From Acinetobacter phage Ab5, in sequence record PP763257.1: a DNA stretch of 64,000 bases; one strand, written 5' to 3'. Of the stretch, positions 19,523 through 29,585 are shown in pieces (positions within the stretch are counted from its first letter, which is position 1; the number at the start of each line of letters is the position of its first letter). Made by a program: the position numbers and the translations under genes. The notes under the pieces were generated by a model. The model did no database searches. It was not told the DNA's origin and was given only the letters and a program-made list of their open reading frames with translations.

Positions 19523-21253
19523 TTGGAGTTAAAATTGGCTTATTTCAAAAAGAACATTTCTAAAACAGGAGATTATGAAAATACCATGAAAGAACGTGAA
19601 AGTGTAGAGGATATTCAAAATTATCCTTTTATTGCAAACCTAGAAAGAAAAATTTCATTAGAAACATGTAAAAGATTTGGTGTTCGTGCATCCCTAAGTG
19701 AAGTAGATGGAAAGACCGTTACAGCTTACTATTTTCCATCTAAAAATAGTAATGGTGAGATTACTGGATACATGAAGCAAGATGTAACTAAAAAGAAAGA
19801 AGAGGATGGTCATTGGTCTGCTGTTGGTAAGGTTTCAATATCTAATAAATTGTTTGGACAAGATGTTGCTGAATCAATTAATCGAAAGCATAATAGTATT
19901 ACAGTTACGGAAGGGCAGTGGGATTGCTTATCTGTTTATCAATCGCAGGTTAACAGCTTGAAAGATACGAAATACGAAGGTCATGAGCCTTTTGTTGTTT
20001 CTATCCCATTAGGAACTAAGAACGCTGTTGAATCTTTACTGCACAACAAAGATTTAATTAAATCTTTCGATTCAATGCTGGTTTTCTTCGACAATGATGA
20101 GGCAACCCCAGCAGAAAAGAAAAAAGGTGTGGTTAAAGGTAAGGAAGCTACGGAGAATGTTGCATCTGCATTTTTGTCTGATTTAAAGTTGTACTCTGTT
20201 TCTTTATCGCATGGTTATAAGGATGCTAGTGATTACCTTCAGGATAAGAAAGGTGTTTTCAAGAGTCTTAATGAAGCTGAAAAAGCATTAGCAAAGTTAG
20301 TTCAGTTTGAGAGAACTCCACTTGTTGCTGAGAAGATTGCTCATGTCGACTCTATCTCACTTGACGAGTTGTGTGAACCTATTCCACTTGGTATTGAGAT
20401 TAAAAGCTTCCCCAAGTTATCTGAAATGTTGTATGGTTGGAGAACAGGTGAATTGACTGTTGTTACCGCTAGGAGTGGTGCAGGTAAGACAACAGGGATG
20501 ACTAAAATCGCTGAAGATGCGATTGATGCTGGAGAAAAACTTGGTTTAATTTACTTAGAGGAAAAAAACAAGCAAACACTACAACGCTTTGTTTCTTCTC
20601 AGTTAAAGGTAAGCTATAAGAAATTCAAGAGAAACCCATTATCTGTTGCAACTAAGGAAGCTATCGAAAGTGTTTACAATAGATTGAAGGATAACAAACA
20701 GATTGTTATGCTTGATCATTTTGGCAGTATGCCGATTAAGGAATTAATGAACAAGATTAAGCATATGTATTTTGTTGAGGGTTGCAGATACATTTTAATT
20801 GATCACTTATCGATGGTAATTTCTGGAAGTGAGTTAACTGATGAGCGAAAAGAGATTGATATTGTTATGACAGAAATCGCTGCTTTTTGTGCAGCTAATG
20901 ATGTTGCTGTCATGTTGGTTGTTCACTTGAACAGACAAGGTAGTGCTGCAATACAACCACCTAAAGGAAAAGAGGATGAACCTTTCTGGGTTCAGGTTAC
21001 AAAGGAAACAATGCGTGGTTCAGGTTCGCTTGAACAGATTGCATGGAATGTACTCGGTCTTGAACAAGAAATTTTACCCAACCGAAAACGAGGTCGTGTC
21101 CGTTGGGTTGTTTTAAAGAATCGTGAAGGTGGTGATCTTGGTGTTGCAGATACATTTAAACTAAACGAAGAAGATTGGTCTGTTATACACTATGAAGACG
21201 AGGATGAGGGAAATTGCGTTAATCCAGACGAAAATAAACCTCTCCCTTTCTAG
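19523..21253 (+). CDS. bifunctional DNA primase (TOPRIM) / DnaB-family hexameric helicase, T7 gp4-like
   Basis: TOPRIM motifs TVTEGQWDCLS and FFDNDEA, Walker A ARSGAGKTT and Walker B ILIDHLS are all present. The start is TTG. No N-terminal Zn ribbon is recognisable. The C-terminus is acidic and ends …PLPF. Confidence 0.8.
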   Translation: MELKLAYFKKNISKTGDYENTMKERESVEDIQNYPFIANLERKISLETCKRFGVRASLSEVDGKTVTAYYFPSKNSNGEITGYMKQDVTKKKEEDGHWSAVGKVSISNKLFGQDVAESINRKHNSITVTEGQWDCLSVYQSQVNSLKDTKYEGHEPFVVSIPLGTKNAVESLLHNKDLIKSFDSMLVFFDNDEATPAEKKKGVVKGKEATENVASAFLSDLKLYSVSLSHGYKDASDYLQDKKGVFKSLNEAEKALAKLVQFERTPLVAEKIAHVDSISLDELCEPIPLGIEIKSFPKLSEMLYGWRTGELTVVTARSGAGKTTGMTKIAEDAIDAGEKLGLIYLEEKNKQTLQRFVSSQLKVSYKKFKRNPLSVATKEAIESVYNRLKDNKQIVMLDHFGSMPIKELMNKIKHMYFVEGCRYILIDHLSMVISGSELTDERKEIDIVMTEIAAFCAANDVAVMLVVHLNRQGSAAIQPPKGKEDEPFWVQVTKETMRGSGSLEQIAWNVLGLEQEILPNRKRGRVRWVVLKNREGGDLGVADTFKLNEEDWSVIHYEDEDEGNCVNPDENKPLPF

Positions 21254-21256
21254 TTT

Positions 21257-21278
21257 GAGGGCTTGCGCCCTCTTTTTG
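21257..21278 (+). terminator. intrinsic terminator
   Basis: gagggc-ttgc-gccctc followed by TTTTT. Confidence 0.6.
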
Positions 21279-21310
21279 AATTTGTTATAATTTATTTTTA
21301 AGGATGGATT

Positions 21311-23686
21311 ATGCTTTTAAAAAGACGTTTAGTTGTTGATATTGAAACAAATAACATCCTATCAGAGATGTTAGATTTTTCTATTTTACCTTACAAGTTA
21401 AAAAACAATAGTAATCTTTGGTGTGTAGTATTTCGAGATATTGATACAGACGAGGTTTTTCACCAATCGTTATCTGGAATTACAAAAGATTGGGTTGAGT
21501 CTGTAGTTAAAGGTAGTACCGAAATTATTGCACACAACGGAATAAAATTTGACTTTGTTGTTTTAAAATTATTTGGTGTGTTTGACTACGAAATAGGTTA
21601 TTTAGAAAAGCCCGATCTATTATTTGGAAAAGAGGTAAAGTTTACAGATACTTTAGTTAGATCACGATTATTTAATCCTGATCGCTACGGTGGACACAGC
21701 TTGCAAGCTTGGGGTGAGAGACTAGGAGACTATAAAGATGATTTCAGACAAAAAAGTATTGAAGCTGGAATAATTAAATCAGACTCTCCTAAAGGTTCTG
21801 AGTTTCAGCAATACTCTGAAATCATGTTAGACTACTGTATTCAGGATACGAAAGTTACGGCAGAGGTTTACAAAAGTTTAGAAGAAGAGTGGAATTCGTA
21901 TTCTGGTTGGGTTAAACCAGAAAAGCTTGAAAATAAACTAGCAGACTTAGCTATTCGTAGAGAGTGTTATGGATTTTGGTTTGATAAAGATTTAGCTATT
22001 AAGTGCTTAGACGACTTAACGGAAAAGATGGATAAATTACGCAGTAACGTAAACCCTCTTCTTCCACCAAAACCTTTAACAAAGACAAGATTAAAAGAGT
22101 TTACGCCACCTACTAAACAATTCAAACAGGATGGAACATATAATGCTCACTTAATTAATTTTGCAAAGAAGCATAATGCAATTTTAAAAGACAGAGTGTT
22201 TATCTATAAAGGGAGAGAGTACGATCTACCATTAACCGAGCCTTTAGAGATTGTGGAAGAAGCAGATATCTCTGACCTAGACCATGTTAAAATGCATTTG
22301 ATAAATCTTGGTTGGAACCCTACAGAGTTTAAGGTTAGGGATTTAACAAAGAACCATAAAAAACAGTCTATACCTTATGAGAAGAGACATAAAGCTTTAT
22401 TGACGTGGCTGGAGCAAACTTTCGAGGAGGGTAAATACAAGGAACATCGGCTTAAAGAATTGGGAATGTATGATAAAGTTGAGATTTATAAAAAACTATC
22501 TCAACAGATTAAATCTGATAAGCCTGTCAGAGTTCCTACATCTCCTTGCGTTAGGGTCGGTATTGAAAAGGAGCTTTGCCCAAACTTAGTAAAATTAGGA
22601 GATAAGGTTGCTTTCGCAAAAGACTTTACATTGTATTTAACTTATAAGCATCGTAAAAGTAGTATTGCAGGTGGTGATATTGAGGATTTGGACTTTGATG
22701 AAGAATATCCTAACACAGGTTTTTTATCAATGTATCGAGAAGAAGACCAGCGAGTATCAACTCCTTCTATAGAGATTGGTGCATCAACAAATCGTTACAG
22801 ACATATCGGCATATGTAATATTGCGCGTGCATCGTCAATTTACGGAAAAGAGATGCGTTCGCTGTTTGGTTGTGGGGAGGGAAAAAGACAACTAGGTTTT
22901 GACTTTTCAAGCCTAGAAGCTCGAATTCAAGGGCATTACATTTTGCCTTTTAATGGTGAAGAGTTGGCTCAACAATTACTTGCTTCAAAACCTAATGACA
23001 TTCACTCTATTAATGCTAGAAAATTTGACATGCCACGAGATTTAGCAAAATCTTTAGGGTATATGTTGATGTATGGCGGTTCAGCAGCAAGAGCAAAAAG
23101 TATGCTTGGGTGTTCTATGGTAGAAGCTAAGAGAATTGTTGATGGGTTTTGGGACGAAATGAAACCGTTGAAAGACCTTAAAGATGCTGTAACTAAAGCT
23201 TGGGAGAAGCGTGGAAAGAAATACGTTATTGGTGTTGACGGTCGAAAATTAGTTACAAGATCGGCACATTCTTTACTAAACGTTTTGTTTCAGTCTGGAG
23301 GTGTTATTTGTGCTAAATATACAACAGTATTTATGTATGAAGAGTTGGAGAGCAAGGGGTACAAGTGCAATCCGTTTGAGTCTGATGTTGACTTTATCTC
23401 AATGATAGAATACCATGACGAATGCCAAACTGCGATTAACAAAGATGATGTTGAACTTAAAGTTTTTAAAGATGAAGAATCTATGAACGAGTTTGTGGAA
23501 TCTTGGAGTGGTGATCAACTCGGTAGCCCTGTTGAGTTGGAAAACGGAATGTATGTTGTGGCTCTTCCAAATGATGTATCAAGATCAATTCAGCATAGTA
23601 TTGATCGTGCTGTAGAAGAGGTAGGTTTGAAAGTTCCACTTGCAATGGAATGGGTTGTTGCGAATAACTGGTATTTATGCCATTAA
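21311..23686 (+). CDS. family A DNA polymerase with 3'-5' exonuclease domain
   Basis: Exo I motif VVDIETNN, Pol motif A DFSSLEARI, motif B RDLAKSLGYMLMYGG, motif C YHDE. Confidence 0.9.
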   Translation: MLLKRRLVVDIETNNILSEMLDFSILPYKLKNNSNLWCVVFRDIDTDEVFHQSLSGITKDWVESVVKGSTEIIAHNGIKFDFVVLKLFGVFDYEIGYLEKPDLLFGKEVKFTDTLVRSRLFNPDRYGGHSLQAWGERLGDYKDDFRQKSIEAGIIKSDSPKGSEFQQYSEIMLDYCIQDTKVTAEVYKSLEEEWNSYSGWVKPEKLENKLADLAIRRECYGFWFDKDLAIKCLDDLTEKMDKLRSNVNPLLPPKPLTKTRLKEFTPPTKQFKQDGTYNAHLINFAKKHNAILKDRVFIYKGREYDLPLTEPLEIVEEADISDLDHVKMHLINLGWNPTEFKVRDLTKNHKKQSIPYEKRHKALLTWLEQTFEEGKYKEHRLKELGMYDKVEIYKKLSQQIKSDKPVRVPTSPCVRVGIEKELCPNLVKLGDKVAFAKDFTLYLTYKHRKSSIAGGDIEDLDFDEEYPNTGFLSMYREEDQRVSTPSIEIGASTNRYRHIGICNIARASSIYGKEMRSLFGCGEGKRQLGFDFSSLEARIQGHYILPFNGEELAQQLLASKPNDIHSINARKFDMPRDLAKSLGYMLMYGGSAARAKSMLGCSMVEAKRIVDGFWDEMKPLKDLKDAVTKAWEKRGKKYVIGVDGRKLVTRSAHSLLNVLFQSGGVICAKYTTVFMYEELESKGYKCNPFESDVDFISMIEYHDECQTAINKDDVELKVFKDEESMNEFVESWSGDQLGSPVELENGMYVVALPNDVSRSIQHSIDRAVEEVGLKVPLAMEWVVANNWYLCH

Positions 23687-23704
23687 TTTAATTAGGAGAT
23701 GTAA

Positions 23705-25018
23705 ATGTTGAAGTTTAAAAAAGGTGATGAGGTTATTGTTACTGGTTTTATTAATTCTCGTGCTGAAGAGCTTGGTACTTTAGGTGAGGTTGGTATTGTT
23801 GAGGTTGCGGATGATTCAGAGATTCCATATTTTGTAAAACTAAAATCTGTTACAGGAGGTTCTGGTGGATTATGGTTTAAGGAGGAGAATTTAAAATCAG
23901 CTAAAGGAAGCACTTTTTACAAAGGTGTTGTATATTCTGTTGGAGATGTTATTGAGCGTTTGGATGATTGTCCTTATCCACTAGGATCAAAACATACGAT
24001 TATTGCGATTGGAAACGGAGGAGTTTATGCTAAGGATACTGAAGGTAGTGTTGGTTTTCATTGTTTGGGTTTTGTTAAGAAAGTAATTGAAGATAAAGAG
24101 GAAGATATGAATAATTTTGAAAAACACAACCCTGAACTTAAAATCGGTGATGAGGTTTTAATTCTAGAACATCCTGTATTGAAACATGACGAAGGAATTA
24201 AGTACCCTGAATCAATGCAAAAAGAAATTGGATCAAAACAAATTATTACTGAAGTTCACGAATTTGGATATCGACTGTCGAATCATTGGAGTTATGAAGC
24301 CAAATATTTGCAGAAAGTTACTAATGATATTGATAAATCACAACTTCTTAAACAAGAAATTGAAGTTGGAGATTTGGCGGTATTAATTTCTCTTGATAAT
24401 ACAGTAAGAGAGTATGGTGCTAATGAGTCAATGAAAAAAGTTGGAGAAGCGTTTATTGTAAAACTTGTTTATAATGATGAAGAAGATGATTTAATTGAGA
24501 TTTTTGATGAATGTAGTTGGTCATATGATCATCGTGATTTAGTAATTTTGCAGAAAGCTTCAGATATGAAAGAGCGTAAATTAGCTCCTGTTGATTTGAA
24601 ATTACACACTCACACTTCTTTCGATGCATCTACTACTGGTGAAGCTGATGATTTTGGAGATTTTGACATTTCACCAGATGATTTAAAAGGTATGGTTGAT
24701 GACATGATTAGTCACCCTATCCAACCTATTGAGTCAAATGGTGGAAGTAGTGATTATTATTTTACTGAATTACCGAAATGGTTGATTGATCAAATTGTAG
24801 AAACTGGTGGTATTGAAGTTAAAGATATTGTTCAATTTGTATTTGATAATGATGCTCATGCAAAAGATATCATCAAGGCACAGAAACGTATTATTGAGCA
24901 GCGTAAAGGTGGTGGTAAAGCTGGATTAAAACCACTGTACGATTACAACAAGATTGTATTCTTCGCTGAAGATCAGTTGAGGGTTGCTAAGAACAATCTT
25001 GATGAGAAATCTGAATAG
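23705..25018 (+). CDS. acidic protein with four tandem GDEV-type small-barrel repeats
   Basis: K/E-x-GD-E/L-V motifs recur at about 70-aa spacing (residues about 5, 78, 147, 220). The C-terminal region is acidic. Confidence 0.5.
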   Translation: MLKFKKGDEVIVTGFINSRAEELGTLGEVGIVEVADDSEIPYFVKLKSVTGGSGGLWFKEENLKSAKGSTFYKGVVYSVGDVIERLDDCPYPLGSKHTIIAIGNGGVYAKDTEGSVGFHCLGFVKKVIEDKEEDMNNFEKHNPELKIGDEVLILEHPVLKHDEGIKYPESMQKEIGSKQIITEVHEFGYRLSNHWSYEAKYLQKVTNDIDKSQLLKQEIEVGDLAVLISLDNTVREYGANESMKKVGEAFIVKLVYNDEEDDLIEIFDECSWSYDHRDLVILQKASDMKERKLAPVDLKLHTHTSFDASTTGEADDFGDFDISPDDLKGMVDDMISHPIQPIESNGGSSDYYFTELPKWLIDQIVETGGIEVKDIVQFVFDNDAHAKDIIKAQKRIIEQRKGGGKAGLKPLYDYNKIVFFAEDQLRVAKNNLDEKSE

Positions 25019-25044
25019 CTTTACATTTAATTACAGTATTGTTG

Positions 25045-25073
25045 TTGACATTGAATTATAAGTTTGCAATAAT
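25045..25073 (+). promoter_or_regulatory. promoter candidate upstream of the SSB gene
   Basis: TTGTTGACAT -35 context with a TGcAATAAT extended -10. A perfect TATAAT also lies at 25231. Confidence 0.4.
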
Positions 25074-25260
25074 ACTCACCTACTCTGATGAATATTCGTA
25101 TATTACTTCGGAGCTATAAAAGCGTTAAAAAGCTCAAAACATTTTAGATTTCTTTTAATAGAATTTCTAATTATGTTTTGAGTTGTTTGTATTTAAAAAT
25201 TTAATTAAGTATGTGTCAATCGGCACATTATATAATAAGCATATACGATAGGAGATACAA

Positions 25261-25899
25261 ATGTCAATTAAGACTAATATTAATTTTGAATCAGGAATTA
25301 TTGAAAACGCAGTATTGTTTTACACTAAGTTAAAGAATCCACCATTAAAATACGGTTCTCAAACTGAACGTGAATACACTGTGGATGTTGTTGTTGATAA
25401 ATCTTCAGCAAAAGCTTGGAATAAGCAATTCGGAAAACAGAAGGCTAAGGAAATTGACAATGCAGATTTCACAGAGCAATTTAAGACTGATCCAGTGTTT
25501 CCAGATCAAGATGAACAGTTTGTGATTAAACTAAAAAAACCAGCTCAGTACACGGACAAGGCAACAGGTGAATTAGTACCTTTGAATGAAAAATATATTC
25601 CTCGTGTGTTCATTAAAAACGATGAGGGTACTTTGGAGGATATTACATTCACAACTAACATTGGTAATGGTAGTGTTGGTGTTGTTCAGTTTGATGTGAA
25701 TGAAAACTCTTTCGGTACGTTTGCTAAACTTGGTGCAATTCGTGTTGATAACCTTGTTGCTGTAGAACACAAAGGTGGTGCAAACTACGATGTTCTTGGT
25801 ACTGTTAAAACTCTAGCTGAAATTCCAACAGCAGCTAAGAAAGAACCAGAATCAACACAGCCTCAACATGTAGATGAAGACGATTCATTACCTTTCTGA
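25261..25899 (+). CDS. single-stranded DNA-binding protein, T7 gp2.5-like
   Basis: 212 aa. Located in the replication module. The acidic C-terminal tail ends DEDDSLPF, with a terminal Phe as in gp2.5. Confidence 0.55.
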   Translation: MSIKTNINFESGIIENAVLFYTKLKNPPLKYGSQTEREYTVDVVVDKSSAKAWNKQFGKQKAKEIDNADFTEQFKTDPVFPDQDEQFVIKLKKPAQYTDKATGELVPLNEKYIPRVFIKNDEGTLEDITFTTNIGNGSVGVVQFDVNENSFGTFAKLGAIRVDNLVAVEHKGGANYDVLGTVKTLAEIPTAAKKEPESTQPQHVDEDDSLPF

Positions 25900-25911
25900 T
25901 CTTTAACACTT

Positions 25912-25932
25912 GGAAGGACTTAATGTCCTTCC
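25912..25932 (+). terminator. hairpin, weak terminator
   Basis: ggaaggac-ttaat-gtccttcc. The T-tract is weak. Confidence 0.4.
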
Positions 25933-25960
25933 CTTATAATTTATATTTAGGAGAAAATAA

Positions 25961-26116
25961 ATGACAAAGAAAATTAAAATTGGTGTTCTAGAATTAGATA
26001 TGGGTAATCTTTCAGATATGATTTATGTTAATACAAAGAACCAACAACAATTAGCCACAGCGCTTCAGTTTGCAGCATACCAAGCAACATTTGAAAAGAA
26101 ACGAGGTGTTAAATGA
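25961..26116 (+). CDS. 51-aa hypothetical protein
   Basis: RBS AGGAG precedes the ATG. Below the track cutoff. Confidence 0.35.
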   Translation: MTKKIKIGVLELDMGNLSDMIYVNTKNQQQLATALQFAAYQATFEKKRGVK

Positions 26117-26290
26117 TTGATCAGCAAAAAATAGATAAATCAGGCGTTCTTGATCGATTTCATAAGAACATCGTTTCACGCTTAGTTAGTATAACTAGTA
26201 CAGGTCTGAGTGACAGTAATGAAGAGGACCTTCTAAAACTTGAGAAATTAATTCTAAAGAAATATAAAGAGATTGTTTCTGAATTATAAT
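26112..26290 (+). CDS. 58-aa hypothetical protein
   Basis: ATGA coupling to the preceding small ORF. Confidence 0.3.
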
Positions 26291-26303
26291 TTGGAGAGCA
26301 TTA

Positions 26304-26708
26304 ATGAGTGTTAATTATTCAAGTGTTATTTTAATTGGTGCTGATTACGATCCATTAACTTGGAATACATTAACTGACGAAGCTAAATCAATTATTCGAG
26401 AAGAGGTTTTACAAGATTCACCTATTAGTTATGAATGGGATGATGAGAATAGTGAAATTACTAATCAAGATGAGATTGAGGAAGCTTGGGAAGAGCAATG
26501 TATTTATGCATGGGAAGATCGTAAAGGTGAATGGATTAATGATTACTTTGGTTTTTCTGGAACAATTGGTAATTACTTCACTGGTGTAATTGATTATGTT
26601 GGTGTTGAAGTTCACAATTTAAATGCGGATCATCAAGAAGCTGTAGATGAGTGGTTAAAAGTCTTTACTGTTAAACCAGAATTACATCATGGTGTTTTAG
26701 TTTGGTGA
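26304..26708 (+). CDS. highly acidic hypothetical protein
   Basis: RBS GGAGAG upstream. 134 aa with many Asp/Glu/Trp residues. Confidence 0.5.
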   Translation: MSVNYSSVILIGADYDPLTWNTLTDEAKSIIREEVLQDSPISYEWDDENSEITNQDEIEEAWEEQCIYAWEDRKGEWINDYFGFSGTIGNYFTGVIDYVGVEVHNLNADHQEAVDEWLKVFTVKPELHHGVLVW

Positions 26709-26729
26709 TTAATTATGAGGTAGTTCATA

Positions 26730-27083
26730 GTGAGTTATGATATTGATGAAGCTCAAATTGATTACGATGAAGAAGATTATGACGATCTGAACGAACAGGA
26801 AAAATCGGCATACCAATTAGCTAAAGAACGTAAAGACTTTATTAAATATAGGAGATTTTCTCTAACGCTTCATCCTAAACAAATCTATCGATCTTTTCGT
26901 AAAACAATTAAGAAAGATTTGGATGTATTTACAGATGAAGAGTTAATGACAATTTATCGCGTTCTTTGTGATGCTATGAATATGAAGAATGAAGATTTGA
27001 ATCTGCAAATGTATAAATATATTCGAGCAAGAGTTGAGAGAGCTTATAATCGTAATAGACAAAAATTAGGAAGGAACAAATGA
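26730..27083 (+). CDS. hypothetical protein
   Basis: Co-directional. The C-terminus is basic. Confidence 0.45.
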   Translation: MSYDIDEAQIDYDEEDYDDLNEQEKSAYQLAKERKDFIKYRRFSLTLHPKQIYRSFRKTIKKDLDVFTDEELMTIYRVLCDAMNMKNEDLNLQMYKYIRARVERAYNRNRQKLGRNK

Positions 27084-27283
27084 CAACAAAAACAGAAGTT
27101 AAACACTACGGGATTGGTTTATTACCATTTTTAGGAATTGTATTTATCATTTTAAAACTGACAAATGTCATTGCTTGGTCATGGTGGTTAGTATTGTTAC
27201 CATTTATTATCCAAGCTGGACTTCTAATATTAGCTTTAGCTATTCTTGGAATTGCGGTTTATATTAAATATAAAAAATCATGA
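27080..27283 (+). CDS. small two-TM membrane protein
   Basis: ATGA coupling. The sequence is hydrophobic. Confidence 0.45.
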   Translation: MTTKTEVKHYGIGLLPFLGIVFIILKLTNVIAWSWWLVLLPFIIQAGLLILALAILGIAVYIKYKKS

Positions 27284-27363
27284 TAATATTTGTAGTTCCA
27301 ATATTATTTCTATTTTTATATTTTGTGTACATTGATTTGTTTTGTTAATCAAGAGGGAGGATA

Positions 27364-28299
27364 ATGAATAAGATAGAGGATTATGACTTTAGTAAATTTG
27401 ACTACAATAAGAAATACCACTTACACATTGATTTCGACACTCCAATCTTCGCTAATGCTGCTGTGGTTAGTAAAGATATGTGTCAAGTTGAGCATAAAAC
27501 TTCAGGAAGAAAGAAAACTTACAAGAACTTTGATGAGTTTAGTAACTGGTTGAATCTTCCTGAAAATTTTATGTATAAGTTATCTGATTTTAACGTACCT
27601 GTTATTGGTTTTGCTATATATGGTTTAAACAAACAACTTAAAGAGATGGTGTCTCATGGTTGGGTTGGTGATTACACTTTGTACGTTGGTGGTGATACAA
27701 ACTTCAGAAAAGACTTATATCCAGAATACAAAGGAAATAGGTCTAAGTCACCAGCAATGAGGAAGGTGTTATTTAATTATGTTGTTTCCAAGTATAAAGA
27801 CAAAGTGGTTGTGAGCGATGGTGAGGAAGCAGAGGATACTTGTTTGTCAAAAGTTTTAGAAGATATTGACAGTAATGTTTGCGGATATTGTGATAAAGAC
27901 TTAACAACTCAGTCAGCATACTTCTTTAATTACAAGAAACAGGAGAAGGGTGTATTTTTTATTGATGAAAAAAAAGCTTTTTTCAATCTTTGTTGTCAGT
28001 TGTTGCATGGTGACTCTACCGACAACATATTTGGAATTAATTTTATTACTGACGAATTGAGACAAGCTTTTAAAATTAAAACAAAATCTATAGGTGCTGC
28101 AACAGCAGAAAAACTCCTTGATGATGTTAAACACGATGTTTCCTTAATGAAGGAAAGAATTGTAAATATATATCAACTATCATATGGAGATTCTTGGAAG
28201 GAGAATTTACAATTTACAGGAAGTTTGGTTTTTATTAGTAAACGACAAAGAGAGTATTTTGACGTGGAAATTTTCTTAAAAGGAGTTGAGTATGAATAG
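27364..28299 (+). CDS. 5'-3' exonuclease / flap endonuclease (FEN, T5 D15 / Pol I 5'-nuclease family)
   Basis: RBS GGAGG upstream. Motifs YPEYKGNRSKSP (YKxxR…P), GEEAEDT (EADD-like) and CDKDLTTQ (DKDL) are present. Confidence 0.7.
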   Translation: MNKIEDYDFSKFDYNKKYHLHIDFDTPIFANAAVVSKDMCQVEHKTSGRKKTYKNFDEFSNWLNLPENFMYKLSDFNVPVIGFAIYGLNKQLKEMVSHGWVGDYTLYVGGDTNFRKDLYPEYKGNRSKSPAMRKVLFNYVVSKYKDKVVVSDGEEAEDTCLSKVLEDIDSNVCGYCDKDLTTQSAYFFNYKKQEKGVFFIDEKKAFFNLCCQLLHGDSTDNIFGINFITDELRQAFKIKTKSIGAATAEKLLDDVKHDVSLMKERIVNIYQLSYGDSWKENLQFTGSLVFISKRQREYFDVEIFLKGVEYE

Positions 28300-28452
28300 T
28301 TATAGTTTTGAGATTAAGTGTCGATTAACTTTTGATGATATGCAAGCTACAAGTTACAAGAAAGCTTTAAGTGCTATTGAAAAGTATTTGAACCATTGTC
28401 AATTCGATTATGAAATTATTGATATTGATTGTCAGGAAAGATTGGAAAACGA

Positions 28453-29030
28453 AGATGAGTCCTGATGAAAAGATCAAAAAAATCCTTTCCGAAAATAAAG
28501 ATATATGGAAAACAGAATCATCTTATTTCTCTTATCTTCGCGGATGTATTCGTCTTGCTTGGAATAAGAATCCTGTTAAACTAAAACTTTTAAAGAAGAT
28601 TAAAAAGCAAATTCCAAACCCTAATTACGGTAAACCTCGGAATACTAAACCTACAGTTTTTGGAGGAACTTGTGAAATTTGTAAAAATGATTTTCCAATG
28701 AAATTTTTAGAGGTTGATCATAAAGACGGTGGGGTTTATTCGTTGAAGAAGGTTGAGGATATTCAGGATTTCTTTGTTAATATTTGTATTGTTTGTGAAG
28801 ATGATCTTAGGGTTGTCTGCAAGGATTGTCATTCGTGTTTATCTTATAGTGCAAAACATAATTGTTCTTTTGAAGAAGCAAGAACTCAAAAAGAATTCAT
28901 TGAGATAAAAAAACAAAAGAAAGTGGTTGACAAACTTATTAGCTTGGGTGTAAACTCAATACCTAAGTTAAAGAAAGATCAAGAATCTTTATTGTTATCG
29001 TTGATGCTAGGAGAGGTTAATGAAAATTAG
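28453..29030 (+). CDS. HNH endonuclease
   Basis: Motifs CEIC…LEVDHKDGG…NICIVC…CKDCH. The start was moved to ATG 28453 (MSPDEK). The track start is 28410. Confidence 0.6.
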
Positions 29031-29259
29031 CAAAGAAATTTATGATTTAATTGTTGATAGACATGAAATAATTAGTCAAATTGCAAGTGAATACCAAGAT
29101 AACCAAAGCATGAATGTGATTTACGGATGCGATTGTGGTTGTGGTGGTGATTCTTCGATGGATTATTTAGATTCATTAGAACAAAATTTAATTGATGTTG
29201 AGGATGAACTTCGTAATTTAGGTGTTGTTTTAGATTTTGAGGATGAAGTTGATGAGTGA
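29020..29259 (+). CDS. hypothetical protein
   Basis: Overlap coupling with the upstream ORF. Confidence 0.45.
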   Translation: MKISKEIYDLIVDRHEIISQIASEYQDNQSMNVIYGCDCGCGGDSSMDYLDSLEQNLIDVEDELRNLGVVLDFEDEVDE

Positions 29260-29560
29260 ATTATTTGTAAATCTTGAAGAGTTTGAAGAAGTGTCTGAGG
29301 CAGCAAGTGTGCCACGTGAAGGTGATACTTGGAAAATGATTGAAGAAGGTGATTGGATTTCTGAAGGAAAATGGGAATATCAAGAGTGCGTTGTTCAGAA
29401 TATTGAAACAGGTAAGTATTATGCTTATGGTTTGAGTCGTTCTGGAAGTTATTACTCTGATTGGTATTACCCACATCGTGAAGATGATAAGGGTGTAACA
29501 TTACAGGAAGTAAAACCTGTTGAGAAAATAATCACAGTAACACACTGGGAAGCAGTTTAA
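29237..29560 (+). CDS. hypothetical protein
   Basis: Overlap coupling with the upstream ORF. Confidence 0.45.
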   Translation: MRMKLMSELFVNLEEFEEVSEAASVPREGDTWKMIEEGDWISEGKWEYQECVVQNIETGKYYAYGLSRSGSYYSDWYYPHREDDKGVTLQEVKPVEKIITVTHWEAV

Positions 29561-29585
29561 TTAGTTAAATATTTAGGAGAGAAAA

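Noticed and set aside
26304-26708. The acidic 134-aa protein as an Ocr/ArdA-like DNA mimic
   Set aside because: Only net charge supports it. No sequence pattern ties it to known DNA-mimic families, and many small phage proteins are acidic.
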